In this document: positions 6,191 to 9,563 of the stretch, in pieces
Position numbering within the stretch: the first letter of the stretch is position 1
How the letters are laid out: each line of letters begins with the position of its first letter
IMG/VR virus record: IMGVR_UViG_2703718802_000013
Location: 1-9,563 of that record
Reading direction: 5' to 3' (one strand)
Length of the DNA: 9,563 nt
DNA from: a virus
Lineage: Duplodnaviria; Heunggongvirae; Uroviricota; Caudoviricetes
The notes under the pieces: generated by a model
Told to the model about the DNA's origin: nothing
What the model saw: the letters and a program-made list of their open reading frames with translations, nothing else
Database searches by the model: none
Position numbers and translations under genes: made by a program

Positions 6191-6243
6191 AACTGGATGA
6201 ACATACAGTTATGATTTTTTAAGTCAAAGAGGAATTTCTTACT

Positions 6244-6450
6244 ATGGCTGAAGAGAAAAAAGGCGGTGTTTCGGTGTACATAAGCCCCGACATCGTGAAG
6301 GCGCTCAAGGAACGCCACCAGCAGAACGTAAAAGCAGGCATTGCGGCAGGACTTGATCCGCTGGCGATGGTTGAGCCGTCAACAGGCTGGCAGGTACGCG
6401 CCTATTTACGCGCGGCGCTGGGTATGAATCAGGTTCACGGGGGTGAATAA
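6244..6450 (+). CDS. hypothetical small protein (68 aa), first gene of the capsid operon
   Basis: Track ORF with RBS AAGAGGA. Its stop overlaps the start of the capsid gene (TAATG at 6448-6452). No recognisable homolog. Confidence 0.5.
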   Translation: MAEEKKGGVSVYISPDIVKALKERHQQNVKAGIAAGLDPLAMVEPSTGWQVRAYLRAALGMNQVHGGE

Positions 6451-7505
6451 TGACAGGCAAAGCAACAGCACTTACCACTAATCAGCTTTTCACGTACCTG
6501 AATCGCGGGGATATTGCGGAATTTAAATTCAGTCCGCTGTTTACCACGCTGTTTTTCCCGAACGTGGCGACATTCAGCACCCAAAACATCATGCTGGATA
6601 CCCTGGACATTGAAGAAGTCACCATGTCGGCGTTTTGTTCGCCTATGGTTGGCAGCCAGGTCCAGCGCGATAAAGGGTACGAAACCAGCACGATTAAACC
6701 AGGCTACATGAAGCCAAAGCACGAAATCGATCCAACAAAAACCATCATGCGCATGGCTGGAGAAGATCCGGCACAGCTTAACGACCCTACCTACCGACGT
6801 ATGCGCCTTATTACTGGCAACATGCGCCGCCAGATAAACGCCATTAAAGCGCGCGTGGAATGGCTGGCGGTGAATGTGATAACGACCGGAAAAAACATCA
6901 TTGAGGGCGAAGGCATAGAACGCTATGAAATCGACTGGAAAATACCGGAAAACTGCATCATAGAGCAGGCCAAGGGTAAAAAATGGTCCGAGCATGATAA
7001 AGATATTTACGATCCAATCTATGACATCGAACTATACGCAGATCAGGCAGGTTGCCCCGCCAACGTCATGATTATGGGCGCTGAGGTATGGCGCACGTTA
7101 CGCAGCTTTAAAAAATTCCGCGAACTGTACGATCTTTCCCGTGGTTCAGAATCCGCCGCAGAACTGGCCTGTAAAAACCTGGGTGAAGTAGTGAGCTTTA
7201 AAGGCTATCTGGGCGATATTGCCCTTATCGTCTATTCCGGCAAATACACTGACAGCGACGGTACCGAAAAATATTTCCTTGAGCCTGATTTGCTGGTCCT
7301 GGGTAACACCAACAACAAAGGGCTGGTGGCCTATGGTGCGATTATGGATCAGGAAGCTGTAAGAACAGGCGCAACGCAAAACATGTACTACCCGAAAAAC
7401 TGGATTGAGGACGGCGATCCGGCGATTGAGTACGTGCAGACGCACAGCGCACCGCAGCCGGTACCGGCAGACATTCGCAAATTTGTTACCGTCAAAATTG
7501 GTTAA
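6450..7505 (+). CDS. major capsid protein, lambda gpE family
   Basis: 351 aa. Several blocks match lambda gpE as I recall it: FKFSPLF..LFF (lambda FKFDPLF..LFF), KPGYMKPKHEIDP (TPGYVKPKHEVNP), EDPAQLNDPTYRR (EDPQNLADPAYRR), SFKGYLGDIALIVYSG (SYKGMYGDVAIVVYSG), YPKNWIEDGDPA...SAP (YPKNWVTTGDPA...SAP). Confidence 0.8.
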   Translation: MTGKATALTTNQLFTYLNRGDIAEFKFSPLFTTLFFPNVATFSTQNIMLDTLDIEEVTMSAFCSPMVGSQVQRDKGYETSTIKPGYMKPKHEIDPTKTIMRMAGEDPAQLNDPTYRRMRLITGNMRRQINAIKARVEWLAVNVITTGKNIIEGEGIERYEIDWKIPENCIIEQAKGKKWSEHDKDIYDPIYDIELYADQAGCPANVMIMGAEVWRTLRSFKKFRELYDLSRGSESAAELACKNLGEVVSFKGYLGDIALIVYSGKYTDSDGTEKYFLEPDLLVLGNTNNKGLVAYGAIMDQEAVRTGATQNMYYPKNWIEDGDPAIEYVQTHSAPQPVPADIRKFVTVKIG

Positions 7506-7516
7506 CTGGGGATTCT

Positions 7517-7852
7517 ATGAACACTCCATACATTGAGTTATTTGCAGGCAGTCAGCAGGTATCAACGACGCTGGTACATTTTGCCGCTGATGCTGGCTTT
7601 ATTCAGGAATTTACCCCGCTGATGCTGTCAGACAATGGCGAGTTTAAGCCGTGGGATGGTCAGGAATCTGGCAAGGCTGTTTATCTGACTTCGTACCCCG
7701 TGGACACGTCGACGCAGAAATCAGCACAGTGTTACAAGACGGGGATATTTAATATCGCCGCCGTAAACTGGCCTGAGAGCGCCGACACTGACGCGAAAAA
7801 ATGCGCCGCCTTTGCGGGTTCTGGCGTATCCGTTCAGCCGCTGGCGCGATAA
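7517..7852 (+). CDS. head decoration protein, lambda gpD family
   Basis: 111 aa. TPLMLSDNGEFKPWDG matches lambda gpD TPLMLDTSSRKLVAWDG, and KTGIFNIAAVNWPESADTDAKKCAAFAGSGVSVQ matches [34 protein letters not shown], both from memory. Confidence 0.75.
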   Translation: MNTPYIELFAGSQQVSTTLVHFAADAGFIQEFTPLMLSDNGEFKPWDGQESGKAVYLTSYPVDTSTQKSAQCYKTGIFNIAAVNWPESADTDAKKCAAFAGSGVSVQPLAR

Positions 7853-7864
7853 GCAGGGGAAACG

Positions 7865-8278
7865 ATGGCAACGAATGAAAGCATCATGGCGCTACCGCTG
7901 GCGAGTAAATTTAAAGCAGAAGCGCGGGCAATGGCTGACAGAGGTTTATCAACCTACGAGGCCGTATATCAACTCAACAAACTGGAAGAGCAGGACAAGC
8001 CGCGCGCTGATGCGATTATGGCGCTTCATGAACATAACGACTATCAGCCGCTGTTACGTGCAATGGCAAACGTGCCATGTATTAGCGTCGATAATGCTCG
8101 TGAAATCCTGAACATGACCATAGAGCAGGAGCGCCCAAAGGTTGCGCCGGAGCTTACCGCAGCCTTTGAAAACTTTATGGACATGCACAGCCCGAAAGCC
8201 GTATCACCCGGCATGGCATACGACGGCAGAAACCAGGGCGATGAAGGCGACGTCGATCGCATACTGAAAACCATCTGA
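7865..8278 (+). CDS. hypothetical protein (137 aa), last gene of the capsid operon
   Basis: Track ORF with RBS GGGGAA, followed directly by a terminator. I see no similarity to lambda FI, FII or W. Function unknown. Confidence 0.5.
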   Translation: MATNESIMALPLASKFKAEARAMADRGLSTYEAVYQLNKLEEQDKPRADAIMALHEHNDYQPLLRAMANVPCISVDNAREILNMTIEQERPKVAPELTAAFENFMDMHSPKAVSPGMAYDGRNQGDEGDVDRILKTI

Positions 8279-8284
8279 CATAAG

Positions 8285-8307
8285 GCCGGAGAAATCCGGC
8301 TTTTTTT
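8285..8307 (+). terminator. rho-independent terminator (GCCGGA-gaaa-TCCGGC followed by TTTTTTT)
   Basis: Read directly. The hairpin is nearly identical to the terminator at 6013-6034. Confidence 0.6.
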
Positions 8308-8470
8308 ACGGGTCCTTTCCGGCATATGGACCCGTTACGGGGCGGCGACCTCGCGGTTTTTCGCTATTTATGAGCTTTTTCAGGGTGGTGGTGGTGGTTT
8401 TGTTGTTTGCTCTATCTTTATGAATAAAAAGGGAAATATAAAACCAATACACCAACCTGAAACCTTAACT
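8308..8470 (+). other. lambda-type cohesive-end site cos1: cosQ-like flank, cosN (GGGCGGCGACCT at 8340-8351), and a divergent cosB-like region
   Basis: TTACGGGTCCTTTCCGG...GTTACG-GGGCGGCGACCT-CGCGGTTTTTCGCTATTTATGA closely matches the lambda right-end/left-end junction as I recall it (TTTACGGGTCCTTTCCGG...GGTTACG-GGGCGGCGACCT-CGCGGGTTTTCGCTATTTATGAAAATTTTCCGG). Beyond about 8375 it diverges from lambda cosB, with a (GGT)n tract at 8385-8398 and AT-rich sequence. Confidence 0.7.
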
Positions 8471-8484
8471 AAGTGGGGATATTG

Positions 8485-9027
8485 ATGAAATCGCACCTGA
8501 TGAACAAAAAAACTATGGCGCAAAGCTGCCGTGTAAGTGCGACAGCGTTCGACAAGTGGGGAGTGACTCCCGTTGAACGTAAAGGCCGCGAGGCTTTTTA
8601 CGATGTTGCCAGCGTGATAGACAATCGGGTAAGCAATGCAATTGACCAGGTTACAAACGACAAAGGCGATATCGACGATGATGAACTTTTACGCGTAAGA
8701 ATCCGATTACTGACGGCCCAGGCGGAGGCGCAGGAGCTTAAAAACGAGCGCGAACGCGGCGACGTGATTGATACAGGTTTTTGCCTGTACGCGCTTTCAA
8801 AGCTGGCGAGCCAGATTTCATCAATCATGGACAGCCTCCCGCTGACTATGCAAAGGAGCTTCCCACAGATTACCCCCGCCATGCTGGATAGGCTTAAAAG
8901 GGAAGTGGTTAAAGCCTGTAATGCCAGTGCCAGAGTTGCCGACAACCTCCCACAGATACTGGCTGATTACTTGAAAGAAACAACCGGAAACGTACCGGAA
9001 AAGTTGCTACAGAAGAAAGGCGAGTAA
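8485..9027 (+). CDS. terminase small subunit, lambda Nu1 family
   Basis: Same frame as track ORF 8473-9027. LTAQAEAQELKNERERGDVIDTGFCLYALSKLASQISSIMDSLPLTMQRSFP matches lambda Nu1 LTRAQADAQELKNARDSAEVVETAFCTFVLSRIAGEIASILDGLPLSVQRRFP, and the N-terminal NKK..wHTH region and C-terminal tail also align. I chose the ATG at 8485 (GGGGA SD); the ATG at 8500 is also possible. Confidence 0.75.
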   Translation: MKSHLMNKKTMAQSCRVSATAFDKWGVTPVERKGREAFYDVASVIDNRVSNAIDQVTNDKGDIDDDELLRVRIRLLTAQAEAQELKNERERGDVIDTGFCLYALSKLASQISSIMDSLPLTMQRSFPQITPAMLDRLKREVVKACNASARVADNLPQILADYLKETTGNVPEKLLQKKGE

Positions 9028-9054
9028 CAGACGCGCAATTATTGAACAAAAATG

Positions 9055-9116
9055 AGAAAGGATCTGATAATGGCATTTTCTGGCTAAAATGCCATTATCA
9101 GATCCTTTCTTTTTTT
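9055..9116. terminator. perfect 25-bp inverted repeat (AGAAAGGATCTGATAATGGCATTTT / AAAATGCCATTATCAGATCCTTTCT) with a 6-nt loop, followed by T6
   Basis: Read directly. It acts as a strong intrinsic terminator after the Nu1-like gene. It also occupies the position, relative to the inverted cos2, where lambda has its own cosB inverted repeat. Confidence 0.6.
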
Positions 9117-9119
9117 AAT

Positions 9120-9250
9120 ATTTTCATTGTTAAACAGTCTGTTACAGAGAAGAAGAACGGATCTGACTTTTGCCGGAAAATTTTCATAAACAGATAAAAA
9201 CCGCGAGGTCGCCGCCCCGTAACGGGCCATAATTCCAGGAAGGACCCGAC
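9120..9250 (-). other. second lambda-type cos site (cos2) in inverted orientation: cosN reverse complement at 9205-9216, lambda-like cosB on the minus strand
   Basis: The minus strand reads GTTACG-GGGCGGCGACCT-CGCGGTTTTTATCTGTTTATGAAAATTTTCCGGCAAAAG...TCCGTTCTTCTTC. This matches recalled lambda cosB (CTATTTATGAAAATTTTCCGG...TCCGTTCTTCTTCG) better than cos1 does. The cosQ-like flank lies at 9217-9250 on the plus strand. Confidence 0.65.
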
Positions 9251-9281
9251 GACACCAGACTATCAGAACGATGGGGGCACA

Positions 9282-9563
9282 ATGACAGAAGCCGAACTAC
9301 TGCGATTAATCCGTCGCGTTGCCGGAATCAGCCAGCAGGCTGACGAACAGGCCACGCAGCCGGACAGCGTGACCGCCGAAAATTATGCGCGTGTGGTTGC
9401 TGAGGTGATGCGCCGTGATGGTATTGAGCTTAACGGCGTGGATATGCGCAACATACGAACCAGAGTCCTTGAGTTGCTGGCATACCGTCGCCGCGTGGAG
9501 ATGTATCGGGAGAAGGAGAAAATCACGTACCACTGGAAGAAGCCGGAGCGGTTACGGCGGTAA
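9282..9563 (+). CDS. hypothetical protein (93 aa)
   Basis: Track ORF with a G-rich RBS (GGGGG) before the ATG. It lies on the cosQ side of cos2. No recognisable homolog. Confidence 0.4.
   Translation: MTEAELLRLIRRVAGISQQADEQATQPDSVTAENYARVVAEVMRRDGIELNGVDMRNIRTRVLELLAYRRRVEMYREKEKITYHWKKPERLRR

Overview
This window reads as the core of a phage satellite (PICI-like or P4-like chromosomal island) from an enterobacterium, not a complete phage. All protein and site similarities are recalled from memory and judged by eye, not from a database search. Left to right: an AlpA-family regulator (1-210); two paralogous minus-strand cassettes, each a small ribbon-helix-helix gene plus a ~70 aa partner gene with its own palindromic operator (288-1418); a plus-strand operon with two Icd-like paralogs and small ORFs running into a 714 aa primase/replication protein (1604-5147); an iteron-rich presumptive origin (5173-5474); two small genes, one possibly PerC-like, and tandem terminators (5503-6082); and a morphogenesis/packaging module with clear lambda-type homologs (major capsid protein E-like, decoration protein D-like, Nu1-like small terminase) but no portal, protease or large terminase in view. 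The most unusual feature is two lambda-type cosN sites (GGGCGGCGACCT) in inverted orientation flanking the Nu1-like gene, one with a divergent cosB and one with a lambda-like cosB. No tRNA, rRNA, CRISPR array or transposase was recognised. The long plus-strand ORF 220-1599 and several other track ORFs are judged spurious.
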